From assembly GCA_018711085.1 (NCBI GenBank), contig DVIR01000060.1, positions 7 through 64,006 on the forward strand: DNA of 64,000 nt, written 5' to 3'. The stretch comes from Candidatus Faeciplasma gallinarum (GTDB taxonomy: Bacteria; Bacillota; Clostridia; Oscillospirales; Ruminococcaceae). The notes beneath the pieces were generated by a model, which worked only from the letters and a program-made list of their open reading frames with translations, was not told where the DNA came from and made no database searches. Within the stretch, counting starts at the first letter, position 1. Every line of letters begins with the position of its first letter. Of the stretch, positions 1-8,659 are shown in pieces. The position numbers and the translations under genes are program-made.

Positions 1-129
1 ATAAGTATCTTTATAGCAGCGCGCATGCTGCGTGAATGGCGGCATGCGCGCTGCCCTGCACAAGACATGATGCGCGGCTTATAAATAGCATGCACACGTG
101 CCGGCTGTACAGGCGCCGACGGCAGGAGT

Positions 130-158
130 TTGACATCAGGCGAGAAATATGATATAAT
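130..158 (+). promoter_or_regulatory. SigA/sigma70-type promoter driving tRNA-Leu
   Basis: TTGACA at 130-135, 17-nt spacer, TATAAT at 153-158. The tRNA 5' end lies 10 nt downstream. Confidence 0.6.
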
Positions 159-167
159 TTTTTGATT

Positions 168-251
168 GCGGGTGTGGCGCAATTGGCAGACGCGCCAGAT
201 TTAGGTTCTGGTGGCATCCCCGTGCAGGTTCAAGTCCTGTCACCCGCACCA
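168..251 (+). tRNA. tRNA-Leu (anticodon UAG), type II with long variable arm, CCA encoded
   Basis: Cloverleaf folded by hand. Acceptor stem GCGGGTG/CACCCGC. Anticodon stem CCAGA/TCTGG with loop TTTAGGT (anticodon TAG). About 12-nt variable arm. T-arm GCAGG-TTCAAGT-CCTGT. Discriminator A followed by CCA. Confidence 0.85.
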
Positions 252-256
252 ACATT

Positions 257-291
257 GCGTCGAGCTGTTGTTTTTGGCTCGGCGCTTTTTT
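257..291 (+). terminator. Intrinsic terminator after tRNA-Leu
   Basis: 9-bp stem GCGTCGAGC/GCTCGGCGC (one G-U pair) followed by TTTTTT at 286-291. Confidence 0.8.
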
Positions 292-320
292 ATGCCTGCT
301 TTAAGCCCTATGAACAATTT

Positions 321-349
321 ACCCCCACGCCGCAAAGCGGTATGGGGGT
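321..349. terminator. Hairpin between tRNA and ung, possibly a bidirectional terminator
   Basis: ACCCCCA...TGGGGGT outer stem with inner CCGC/GCGG. TTTATT follows on the plus strand. It lies 72 nt downstream of the ung stop on the minus strand, where the U-tract is weak. Confidence 0.4.
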
Positions 350-420
350 TTATTGCAATACATATCTTTTTTACTCACGCACGCTCATGATACTACGCCG
401 CATACGCCGCGCCTGAAGGC

Positions 421-1104
421 TCATTTTACGTCCTGCGAAGTGTGTGCCCAGTTCACCGGCGGTATTCCGTTTTCAATCAAAAACCTGTTCGTCCTTGAAA
501 ACGGCCTCGACCCGAAGAAGCCGTTATACGCCGACAGCGGGCTTGGGTGAGCAGACTCTATTATCAAGTGTATCGGGTTAGTTATGAACGATTTCTTGCT
601 CCTTGCGTTTGCGCCCCACAAGATAAACACCACAGGCTCTTTTTTGTCGTTGAGCTTGCGTATTATCTCGTCGGTGAGTTCTTCCCAGCCCTTGCCCTTA
701 TGCGAGTTTGCGGCTCCCCTGCGGACTGTGAGCACGGCGTTCAAAAGCAGCACGCCCTGCTTTGCCCAGCAGCTGAGGTCGCCGCTGTCCGACGGAGGTA
801 TGCCCAAATCGTCGTACAGCTCTTTATATATATTTTTTAAGGACGGCGGCAGGGTTGTCCCGTCAGGCACGGAAAAGCACAGCCCCTGCGCCTGTCCCGG
901 CTCGTGATACGGATCCTGACCGAATATAGCGACCTTCACCTTGCTGTAAGGAGTCATCTTCAGCGCGTTGAAAATCGAATACATGTCGGGGTAAATCGTA
1001 TAGTGGCTGTACTCATACTTTAAAAACTCGCGGAGCTGAAGGTAATATGGCTTCTTAAACTCGTCGCGAAGTATGTCGTCCCAATCGTTTCCTATATTTA
1101 CCAT
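421..1104 (-). CDS. ung: Uracil-DNA glycosylase, family 1
   Basis: 227 aa. GQDPYH water-activating motif and HPSPLSA leucine-intercalation loop. Confidence 0.9.
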   Translation of the reverse strand: MVNIGNDWDDILRDEFKKPYYLQLREFLKYEYSHYTIYPDMYSIFNALKMTPYSKVKVAIFGQDPYHEPGQAQGLCFSVPDGTTLPPSLKNIYKELYDDLGIPPSDSGDLSCWAKQGVLLLNAVLTVRRGAANSHKGKGWEELTDEIIRKLNDKKEPVVFILWGANARSKKSFITNPIHLIIESAHPSPLSAYNGFFGSRPFSRTNRFLIENGIPPVNWAHTSQDVK

Positions 1105-1114
1105 GGCGCACAGC

Positions 1115-1213
1115 TCAAATAAACACGCTGTAAAACGCCGTAGCGACTACGCCCAGCAACAGCAGCACAGCCAAGATGATTATCCCTATTCTCAAAGCAA
1201 GTGTTTTTTTCAT
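1115..1213 (-). CDS. Candidate 32-aa hydrophobic small protein (MKKTLALRIGIIILAVLLLLGVVATAFYSVFI)
   Basis: Too short for the ORF track. ATG is preceded by GAAAGGAAG with 8-nt spacing. The stop lies 10 nt before the ung ATG, and ung has no Shine-Dalgarno of its own. Confidence 0.4.
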   Translation of the reverse strand: MKKTLALRIGIIILAVLLLLGVVATAFYSVFI

Positions 1214-1274
1214 ACTCAGAACTTCCTTTCGCACTTGTGCACTTATCACGCTTACGCTCACACGCCAAGATGAT

Positions 1275-1312
1275 ACAGAAAACCGCCCGAAACGTAGTCC
1301 GAATCAGGCGGT
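1275..1312 (-). terminator. Intrinsic terminator after secG
   Basis: Minus-strand hairpin ACCGCCTGA...TCGGGCGGT followed by TTTTCTG. Confidence 0.7.
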
Positions 1313-1328
1313 CAACACTGTCGCAAAA

Positions 1329-1592
1329 TCAGGCTGCTTCTCCGAAGAATCTTGCAAGCACTGTGCAGACTATCGCAACAACAAAGAATATTGCAACGAT
1401 AACTTTTGTTATGCGGTCAAGCTTTGCCTCTCTGGTGTTAGAGCTGTTCCTTCCGAAGAAAGAATCGCTTGAGCCTCCTCCGATTGCGGAATTGACGCCG
1501 CGGTTATCCGTCTTGGTAAACAAAACAACAAGTATAATCGCAACGCTCGCGAGCACCAACAAGATGCCGCTGACAATATTTACAGCTGTCAT
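1329..1592 (-). CDS. secG: Preprotein translocase subunit SecG
   Basis: 87 aa with two TM helices flanking a Gly/Ser-rich loop (GGGSSDSFFG). GGAGGA Shine-Dalgarno upstream. Confidence 0.8.
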   Translation of the reverse strand: MTAVNIVSGILLVLASVAIILVVLFTKTDNRGVNSAIGGGSSDSFFGRNSSNTREAKLDRITKVIVAIFFVVAIVCTVLARFFGEAA

Positions 1593-1720
1593 TTATAAAT
1601 CCTCCATAAAGAACATCTTAAAGGTAGTAATTCTTATAGATTATATCACGCTGCAAGAGAAAATGCAAGAGTCTTATCGGAAGTTTCTGATTTTTATTTT
1701 CCACGTGTGACGTGTCGAAA

Positions 1721-4249
1721 TCATTTCAGATGCCAGATGTTCTTTGCATACTCGTCTACAGCTCTGTCCGCAGAGAATCTGCCCGCGTTTGCGATGTTGA
1801 TCAAAGACATGCGCTGCCACTTGAGCAGGTTGCCGTAAAGCTCCGACGCCTTGCGTTGAGCCTCCTGATAGGACTTGAAGTCGCCCAAAACCATATACGG
1901 GTCGGAGAACTTCAGCGACGAAACGATATCGTCAAACTTGTTGCCGTAAACGCCGGCAGCTATCCTGTCAATTGCATCCTTTATAACCGGATCGGAGTTG
2001 TAGATGTGAATAGGAGAATAGCCGGCTTTCTTTCTCGCTTCAACCTCTTCAACGGTCATGCCGAAGTTGATTATGTTGTCGTCGCCGACAGCCTCGCCTA
2101 TTTCTATATTTGCTCCGTCCTTTGTTCCGAGAGTTATTGCGCCGTTGAGCATGAACTTCATGTTACCCGTTCCGGACGCCTCTGTTCCAGCAAGAGAAAT
2201 CTGCTCTGAAATCTCGGATGCCGGCATGAGCTGCTCGGAAAGCGAGACGTTGTAGTTTTCAAGGAACACAACGTTGAGTTTCTCGTGAACCTTAGGATTC
2301 TTCTTTATCTCCTCGCCAAGCGACCAGATGAGCTTTATTATCTGCTTTGCAAGGTAGTATCCGGGTGCAGCCTTTGCGGCAAAGATGTAGGTCTTAGGCT
2401 CAACCTCCGCATCGGGGTTTTCAAGGAGCTTTCCGTACTCCGAAACTATATTCAAAACGTTTAAGTGCTGTCTCTTGTACTCATGCAAGCGCTTTACCTG
2501 CACGTCAAATATGGTCTCGGGGTCGATGTCAACTCCCCTTTCGCTCTTCATCGTCTTTGCAAACGCCTTCTTGTTTGCAAGCTTTACCTCGCCCAGGCGG
2601 TCAAGGACTTCTTCGTTGTCGGCAAACTTCTCAAGCTTTTTAAGCTCTGCTGCGTCCTTTAAGTAGCCCTTGCCGATAGTGTCGTTGAGCAGAGCGCAAA
2701 GCTCGGGGTTAGACTGATAAAGCCAGCGGCGATACGCTATTCCGTTTGTGACGTTCGTGAACTTTTCCGGAGTATTTTCATACTCGTACTTGAACACGTC
2801 GTGCTTTATTATCTCGGAATGTATCTTTGAAACGCCGTTTACATGGTGGCACGCCGCAACGCAGAGCTTAGCCATATGCACAGTGTTGTCCTTTACTATG
2901 GACATGGCGGTGACTCTCTCGTGGTCGTGATACTTTTCCCAAAGCTGCGCGCAGTAGCGATTGTTTATCTCAATGATGATAGAGAATATTCTCGGAACTA
3001 CAGACTTGAGCAAATCGCAGCTCCACTTCTCCAAGGCCTCAGCCATTACGGTGTGGTTGGTGTATGCGAACGTCTGGGTAACTATGCTCCACGCCTTATC
3101 CCATGTGTAGCCGCAGTCGTCAAGCAGTACCCTCATAAGCTCCGGTATCGCAAGCGTGGGGTGAGTATCGTTTATCTGTATTGCAACCTTCTCGGCAAGG
3201 TTATCAAGCGTTCCGTAGGTTGCCATGTGGTGGTTGACTATGTCTCCGATAGATGCCGCGCACATGAAGTACTGCTGTCTGAGCCTGAGCGACTTGCCCG
3301 CAAGGTGGTTGTCGTTAGGATACAGCACCTTGGATATCGCCTGAGAAACTACGTTTTGGTTGAGCGCCTTCTCATAGTTTCCGGAGTTGAACATGTTCAT
3401 ATCAAACGACGGGCTTATTGCCTTCCAAAGTCTGAGCTTTGAAACCTCCTCGCTGTTATATCCCGAGACGTACATGTCATAGGGAACGGCGATTACCGTC
3501 GTATAGTTTTCAAGCGTCACGTTGTGATAGTGGTCATCCCAGCGCTCGCTCATCTGTCCGTCGAAGTGAACCTCTATTTCTCCCTCGGGGTGAGGCACAA
3601 GCCAGCATCCGCCTCCGGGAAGCCAGTTGTCGGGCAGCTCTACCTGCCAGCCGTCCTCTATCTTCTGCCTGAATATGCCGTACTCATAAAGTATGGAATA
3701 GCCGGTTGCAGGGTATCCGTCTGTTGCAAGTCCGTCAAGATAGCATGCGGCAAGTCTGCCCAAGCCGCCGTTTCCGAGTCCTGCGTCAGGCTCCTGCGCA
3801 TACAGCGAATCAAGGCTGATGCCTAAATCCTTTAGCGCGCCATCAGCCTCTTTTACGATTCCGAGGTTATAAAGGCTTGTCTTTAGGGATCTGCCCATTA
3901 AAAACTCCATCGAGATATAGTAAACCTGCTTATGTCCTTCCGAATGAACTTTGTTTGTGTATTTGCGGCGCTTCTCGGCAAGCGTTCTTACAATGATAGA
4001 GCTTAAAGCCTCGTAAAACTGCCTGTCTGATGCGTTTTCAGGCGTAACCATAAACGTGCTGTCGAGCGCCTTTATGATTTCGTTCTTCAGCGACTCCTTT
4101 GTGAATTTCGGCTCTGAGGATTTAGTCGATTTAACCTCCGACGCCTTAGCTGATTTAACCTCTGATACTTTAGTTGACTTAGTCTCTGAGGCCTTAGGTG
4201 TTTTAGCTTCTGATGCCTTTGCAAATTTAGGTTCTGGTACCTTTGCCAT
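1721..4249 (-). CDS. glgP: Alpha-glucan (glycogen/maltodextrin) phosphorylase, GT35, with an N-terminal repeat extension
   Basis: About 840 aa with phosphorylase-like sequence throughout, including the C-terminal EASGTGNMKF pyridoxal-phosphate Lys region. Start moved to the ATG at 4249 (GGGAGTG Shine-Dalgarno), because the track's 4258 GTG lies inside that SD. Confidence 0.9.
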   Translation of the reverse strand: MAKVPEPKFAKASEAKTPKASETKSTKVSEVKSAKASEVKSTKSSEPKFTKESLKNEIIKALDSTFMVTPENASDRQFYEALSSIIVRTLAEKRRKYTNKVHSEGHKQVYYISMEFLMGRSLKTSLYNLGIVKEADGALKDLGISLDSLYAQEPDAGLGNGGLGRLAACYLDGLATDGYPATGYSILYEYGIFRQKIEDGWQVELPDNWLPGGGCWLVPHPEGEIEVHFDGQMSERWDDHYHNVTLENYTTVIAVPYDMYVSGYNSEEVSKLRLWKAISPSFDMNMFNSGNYEKALNQNVVSQAISKVLYPNDNHLAGKSLRLRQQYFMCAASIGDIVNHHMATYGTLDNLAEKVAIQINDTHPTLAIPELMRVLLDDCGYTWDKAWSIVTQTFAYTNHTVMAEALEKWSCDLLKSVVPRIFSIIIEINNRYCAQLWEKYHDHERVTAMSIVKDNTVHMAKLCVAACHHVNGVSKIHSEIIKHDVFKYEYENTPEKFTNVTNGIAYRRWLYQSNPELCALLNDTIGKGYLKDAAELKKLEKFADNEEVLDRLGEVKLANKKAFAKTMKSERGVDIDPETIFDVQVKRLHEYKRQHLNVLNIVSEYGKLLENPDAEVEPKTYIFAAKAAPGYYLAKQIIKLIWSLGEEIKKNPKVHEKLNVVFLENYNVSLSEQLMPASEISEQISLAGTEASGTGNMKFMLNGAITLGTKDGANIEIGEAVGDDNIINFGMTVEEVEARKKAGYSPIHIYNSDPVIKDAIDRIAAGVYGNKFDDIVSSLKFSDPYMVLGDFKSYQEAQRKASELYGNLLKWQRMSLINIANAGRFSADRAVDEYAKNIWHLK
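4098..4241 (-). repeat. Six tandem 24-bp coding units, giving an 8-aa period at the GlgP N-terminus
   Basis: Units at 4098, 4122, 4146, 4170, 4194 and 4218 each start TTA/TTT on the plus strand. They translate to VPEPKFAK, ASEAKTPK, ASETKSTK, VSEVKSAK, ASEVKSTK and SSEPKFTK. Confidence 0.85.
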
Positions 4250-4404
4250 ATAAATCACTCCCTATTCGATGCATCGTTCAATATAATAATTAATACATCC
4301 TTTGTATTATACAATTTTTTCATACGAAATGTCAACGTTTTAGATTTAATTGAAGCTTAAATCCTCTTAAAATATCAGTTTGCACAGAATGAAAAAATAA
4401 TTTT

Positions 4405-4456
4405 GTTTAAAATAACAAAGCAATCGGCACACCTATTTTTAAAGATGTGCCGATTT
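4405..4456 (-). terminator. Intrinsic terminator after the ABC permease gene
   Basis: Minus-strand hairpin AATCGGCACA...TGTGCCGATT followed by a T-rich tail (GCTTTGTTATTTT). Confidence 0.6.
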
Positions 4457-4505
4457 AGTATAATATTTACGCTAAAATATCATTGCCGACAAACCGGCTG
4501 CCATG

Positions 4506-5981
4506 TTATTCGTTCTTGATTGCGTCAAGAGCCGAAAGTCTTGTTGCTCTTATTGCGGGGTAAAGTCCGGAGATGACGCCTACGGCAGTTGCGAGCACAA
4601 GTGCGGCAAGGTCAAGCCACGGAGGTATTACCGACAGTGCAGATGTCGATGCGTCTATTCCTACCATCGACATTCCTCCCTTTGCGGCCAGCGTATTTAC
4701 AACTGCCGAGGCTATATAGCTCAAGCCGATGCCAAGTATTCCTCCGATCACGCCTATGATTCCCGCCTCGATGAGGAACATGCCTCTTATATCCGAGAGC
4801 TTGCAGCCCAAAACCTTCATGATGCCTATTTCTCTTGTGCGCTCATAAATTGACATTACCATTGTGTTGGTGATACTGAGCGCCGCAACGAAGAACGCCA
4901 CAACTCCTATCGCGCCCAAAATCGAGCGGAGGAACTTGGTCTGCTCCTGCATCTGTGTCAGGTAGTCCATTGACGAGCTTGTATCGTAGCCCATGGCGCG
5001 AAGCTCTTTTTCTATCGACTGTACGTGGTTTGTGTCATCCGCCAAAACAGTGATCTGGCTGTAGATGCTTTCTCTATCTGAATCAGTGCCGTCGCCGGAT
5101 GATGTACCGATGCCGCCTATCACATTCACGTTGCTGCCGCCTATCACATTCACGTTGCTTGAGGCGTAAACGGTACCGTAGTCGCTGCCGGAGTTGTAGT
5201 ATTTTTGCTGGTTGTCGTTAAGGATCTCGTCCATATCCATCAAACCCTTAACATCCATGTATATTTCCTGAGAATAGTCTCCGCCCGCTTTCTGGACGAG
5301 TATGCCGACGCAGTTGCCTTCTACAAGCTTTATTCTCGGCTTCGACGTGTCTACAGCGCCTGTTCCGTAGTCATAGTACCAGGTAAACTCGTACTTATAA
5401 TCGCCTACGGGGTTAAAGGGCAGCTGCTCTCCGTCAACCGGCTCGTGGTAGTAAATCTCCTCGCCGCCACGCATATCGTAAAAGTAGAACGGTATGTTAA
5501 AGCACATTACAAAGTTTGTAGTTCCGACGTCTTCCTCGTTTAAAAGCCTTCCGTAGAGGATCTCATAATTGAAATCCTCCATAGATGCGGCGTCAATTCC
5601 CTCTATAGATGCGGACGCCTTTTGCGTGTTATCTTTGATTATGTACCTGTAGCTGGATTGATACGGAGAGCACGCCTGAACGTGGTCGATTGCCTTTATC
5701 TGCTCTACGGCGATATCGTCAAGTGGTGCGGGCGCCGCATTCTGAACATACTCACCCGTCTCCTCGTCTACATAGCCGTATTTCTGATAGACCGAGATCT
5801 CTCTTATGTTTCCGTAAGAATTTATCTGATCCTCAAAGCCCTTGTTCATTCCTATGCCTATGGAAAGCATGATGACAACGGCGGTGGTGCCTATGATAAC
5901 GCCGAGAACTGTAAGAGCACTTCTGGCTTTTCTTCTGAGGAAGTTTCCGGAGGCAAAGCGTATAATATCGATTTTTCTCAT
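4506..5981 (-). CDS. ABC transporter permease, MacB/FtsX type, with a roughly 300-aa extracytoplasmic domain
   Basis: 491 aa. One N-terminal TM helix, a large soluble domain, then three C-terminal TM helices (FtsX-like topology). GAAAGGA Shine-Dalgarno. Start lies 30 nt downstream of the preceding gene. Confidence 0.85.
   Translation of the reverse strand: MRKIDIIRFASGNFLRRKARSALTVLGVIIGTTAVVIMLSIGIGMNKGFEDQINSYGNIREISVYQKYGYVDEETGEYVQNAAPAPLDDIAVEQIKAIDHVQACSPYQSSYRYIIKDNTQKASASIEGIDAASMEDFNYEILYGRLLNEEDVGTTNFVMCFNIPFYFYDMRGGEEIYYHEPVDGEQLPFNPVGDYKYEFTWYYDYGTGAVDTSKPRIKLVEGNCVGILVQKAGGDYSQEIYMDVKGLMDMDEILNDNQQKYYNSGSDYGTVYASSNVNVIGGSNVNVIGGIGTSSGDGTDSDRESIYSQITVLADDTNHVQSIEKELRAMGYDTSSSMDYLTQMQEQTKFLRSILGAIGVVAFFVAALSITNTMVMSIYERTREIGIMKVLGCKLSDIRGMFLIEAGIIGVIGGILGIGLSYIASAVVNTLAAKGGMSMVGIDASTSALSVIPPWLDLAALVLATAVGVISGLYPAIRATRLSALDAIKNE
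5112..5159 (-). repeat. Perfect 24-bp tandem duplication inside the permease extracytoplasmic domain
   Basis: GCCGCCTATCACATTCACGTTGCT occurs at 5112-5135 and again at 5136-5159. It encodes SNVNVIGG twice, in frame. Confidence 0.95.
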
Positions 5982-6011
5982 TCAGCCATCCATCCTTTCA
6001 ATGCCGCGGAA

Positions 6012-7862
6012 TTACTCCTCGTCGTCGTCATCATCATCGTCAGCTAACAATGCCGCCTTTCTCTTCTTTTTAACTACAACAACGATTACAACTATAACCG
6101 CTATCACAAGGACAGGAGCGCCTATGTAAATGAGGTACTTAGCCCATGTGGGAAGGCCCTCGGAGACGGTGTCGTCGGTCATGCCGGGCATGCCGGGGTC
6201 AACAGGCAAAAGCGTTCCTATGTCGCCGCCGATATCGCCGCCCATTGACGGGTCGTCAACAACGGTTTCCTCACATATCAAGACGTCGAACGGGTACTCA
6301 ACTCTTTGCTCATTGCTCGACGCATCCTCAAATGTGAATACAAGTATTGCTGTCTTGGTTTCTCCGACAGCAGTCGGGTCGTTGGGGTATATCATTCCGC
6401 TGAAGTAATCGTAGCTCGACGCAGCAAGCGTTCCCACATACTGAGTGGGCATATTGAAGTCGCCCTCTACGCTTACAGAGAGGTTTGTCATGGGGTTCTT
6501 GGACTTGTTGAAGTACTGGAAGCTTATCGCGCAGCCCTGTGAGCCGTAGCACTCCGTAGGAGGATACCACTCCATAAGCTCGAACTTGATAGGCTGAGTT
6601 ACGGGGAGGTTTATATCCATTTCGCCGCTGCCCTGAGAATATACGCCGTTGCTCTCATACTCAAAGCTGTATCTGATTGTTACGGGGTATGATCTTGCAC
6701 CTGCAGAGGCGCTTGTCTTGAGCTTGATAGAGTACTCAAGCTCGCCGTTTTTATCGAGCTGAGCGGTGTAGAATGATGTGGTTCCGTCTATCGGGGAGAA
6801 TATTGTGCCGCTTGAGCCTTCCGTTCCGTCCGTTCCGGGGATGACGTCAACAGTCATGTTCATTACGTCCTTGTCAAGGCTGGTGTTCTTGAGCACGAAA
6901 GTAAGCACAAATTCATCGCCCGACACTATCTTCTCAACGTCGGTATTGTAGTTTGAAACTATGACCTTAGGAGTGAGCGAAGATGTGTCTACAGGCTCTT
7001 CGGCCTTGTCCTTGACAGTTGCCTGAAGGAAGACGTTGTAGCTCGACGTCAGCTCATTTCCCGCTGCGTCATGGTACCTGACGTTGATGGTTACGGTAGA
7101 CTTAGCCTCGGGATATTCGGGGAATACTATCGGGAAGGTTGCTATAGCCGTGTCGCCGCCGGCAACATCGCCTATGTTGACTGTGTCGGTGTAGGTGTTC
7201 AAAACGATAGTGCCGAGGTTAGATATTGACACCTCTACATCGCGCGCGGTGTAGTTTGTGGGGTTTTTAAGCTCTATGTTGAGCTTAGTAGACAGCTCAG
7301 ACTTGCCCTTTCCCTGCGGTATGGACGCTCCGGCGAGGATGAACGAAGGCACATCCTTAGACTCATCCAGCGTTACGGTTGAGTTCTCAACGTCAATGTT
7401 AAAGCTCCTTGAATCGGTCGCCGAGCCGCATGTTACGGTGAGTGTAACGGTGTAACGTCCGGTTTCCAAAGACTCGTCCGACAGGATCGCAACGGAGTTG
7501 TATCCGTTAAACAGCTCCTGCTCAGCCAAAGAGCCTGCAAGTGTGAAGCCGTTTCCGGACACCGACACGGTTGTTCTCACGGATGAATCCCAATGGAACG
7601 GGTTGGTGTATCCGTCATATGTAAGAGTGGAGTTTCCGTTGAGGGTAAAGCCTATGTAGAATACGTCTCCTGCGTTTATCGTCTGCGCGCTGACTGTAGG
7701 ATTGAGTATTGATACGTCGTGGTCAATCACAACTACAGGCGTCTGAGGCGTCGATGGCGTATCATCTGTATCTGTATCCGTGTTTTGCGCCGCAAACATG
7801 TTCGCAGAGAGTGTTCCCATTGCGACAAGCAGGCATAAAACTACTGCTAATAATTTTTTCAT
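6012..7862 (-). CDS. Secreted, C-terminally membrane-anchored protein with four beta-sandwich (CARDB/COG1361-like) domains
   Basis: 616 aa. Signal peptide, then four units of about 110-120 aa with alternating beta-strand-like patterns, a Gly/Pro/Asp linker, a TM helix, then KKKRK and a DDDDDDDEE tail. The domain family is assigned from pattern memory only. Confidence 0.65.
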   Translation of the reverse strand: MKKLLAVVLCLLVAMGTLSANMFAAQNTDTDTDDTPSTPQTPVVVIDHDVSILNPTVSAQTINAGDVFYIGFTLNGNSTLTYDGYTNPFHWDSSVRTTVSVSGNGFTLAGSLAEQELFNGYNSVAILSDESLETGRYTVTLTVTCGSATDSRSFNIDVENSTVTLDESKDVPSFILAGASIPQGKGKSELSTKLNIELKNPTNYTARDVEVSISNLGTIVLNTYTDTVNIGDVAGGDTAIATFPIVFPEYPEAKSTVTINVRYHDAAGNELTSSYNVFLQATVKDKAEEPVDTSSLTPKVIVSNYNTDVEKIVSGDEFVLTFVLKNTSLDKDVMNMTVDVIPGTDGTEGSSGTIFSPIDGTTSFYTAQLDKNGELEYSIKLKTSASAGARSYPVTIRYSFEYESNGVYSQGSGEMDINLPVTQPIKFELMEWYPPTECYGSQGCAISFQYFNKSKNPMTNLSVSVEGDFNMPTQYVGTLAASSYDYFSGMIYPNDPTAVGETKTAILVFTFEDASSNEQRVEYPFDVLICEETVVDDPSMGGDIGGDIGTLLPVDPGMPGMTDDTVSEGLPTWAKYLIYIGAPVLVIAVIVVIVVVVKKKRKAALLADDDDDDDEE

Positions 7863-7882
7863 GGCTATCTGTCCTTTCCGTT

Positions 7883-8659
7883 TTATACTGATTCGGCTGC
7901 CGCAACTATCTGCGCAGCTTCCTTTGATCCCACTGCTATCTGTTTGGATCTGTTGTCCTCCACAGACGATATGGTTCCGTCGATAATGTGATAAATCTTA
8001 TCTGCGTAAGACGCTATTTCAACGTCGTGCGTCACTATGACAAGCGTCTGGTGGTTCTGACGCGCCATCGAAACCATCATCTCCATGATTTCAATGGTAG
8101 TTCTCGTGTCAAGGTTTCCCGTCGGCTCGTCCGCAAACACCAGCTTTGGTTTGGCAACAAACGCCCTCGCTATTCCGACTCTTTGCTGCTGACCTCCTGA
8201 CATCTGCGTCGGTTTATGCTTCATGCGCTTGCCCAGTCCGCAAAGCTTGAGCATTTCCCTGGCTTTTTTCTCTCGGGATTTTCTCTTTTCCCCCGCGAAC
8301 GCCAGCGGCATGCTCACGTTTTCTATTGCATTCAGGTTGGGCATCAGATTATACGCCTGAAAAACAAAGCCCATATACTTCTGCCGGAACAAAACAAGCT
8401 TTCGCTCGCTCATCTTGTCTATCCTGTGCCCGAAAATCGTTATGCTTCCCTTAGTGGGCTTTTCAAGTCCCGCCATCATGTTGAGCAATGTGGATTTACC
8501 TGAACCGGAGGTACCCAAAAGGCAGACAATCTCGTTTTCATATATGTCAAGGTTGACACCGGAAAGAGCCTTTACTTTTTCCTTGCCTATGACGAATATC
8601 TTCGTAAGATCCCTTACCGATACCGCCGGCTTGACTTTAGTTTTCTCATCCTGCGCCAT
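7883..8659 (-). CDS. ABC transporter ATP-binding protein, MacB/LolD-like
   Basis: Walker A GTSGSGKST, signature LSGGQQQRV, Walker B LVFADEPT, H-loop VTHD. Confidence 0.9.
   Translation of the reverse strand: MAQDEKTKVKPAVSVRDLTKIFVIGKEKVKALSGVNLDIYENEIVCLLGTSGSGKSTLLNMMAGLEKPTKGSITIFGHRIDKMSERKLVLFRQKYMGFVFQAYNLMPNLNAIENVSMPLAFAGEKRKSREKKAREMLKLCGLGKRMKHKPTQMSGGQQQRVGIARAFVAKPKLVFADEPTGNLDTRTTIEIMEMMVSMARQNHQTLVIVTHDVEIASYADKIYHIIDGTISSVEDNRSKQIAVGSKEAAQIVAAAESV

Noticed and set aside
11-217. 68-aa minus-strand ORF spanning the tRNA-Leu gene and its promoter.
   Set aside because: It overlaps a confidently folded tRNA and a consensus promoter on the opposite strand, and it has no coding signals.
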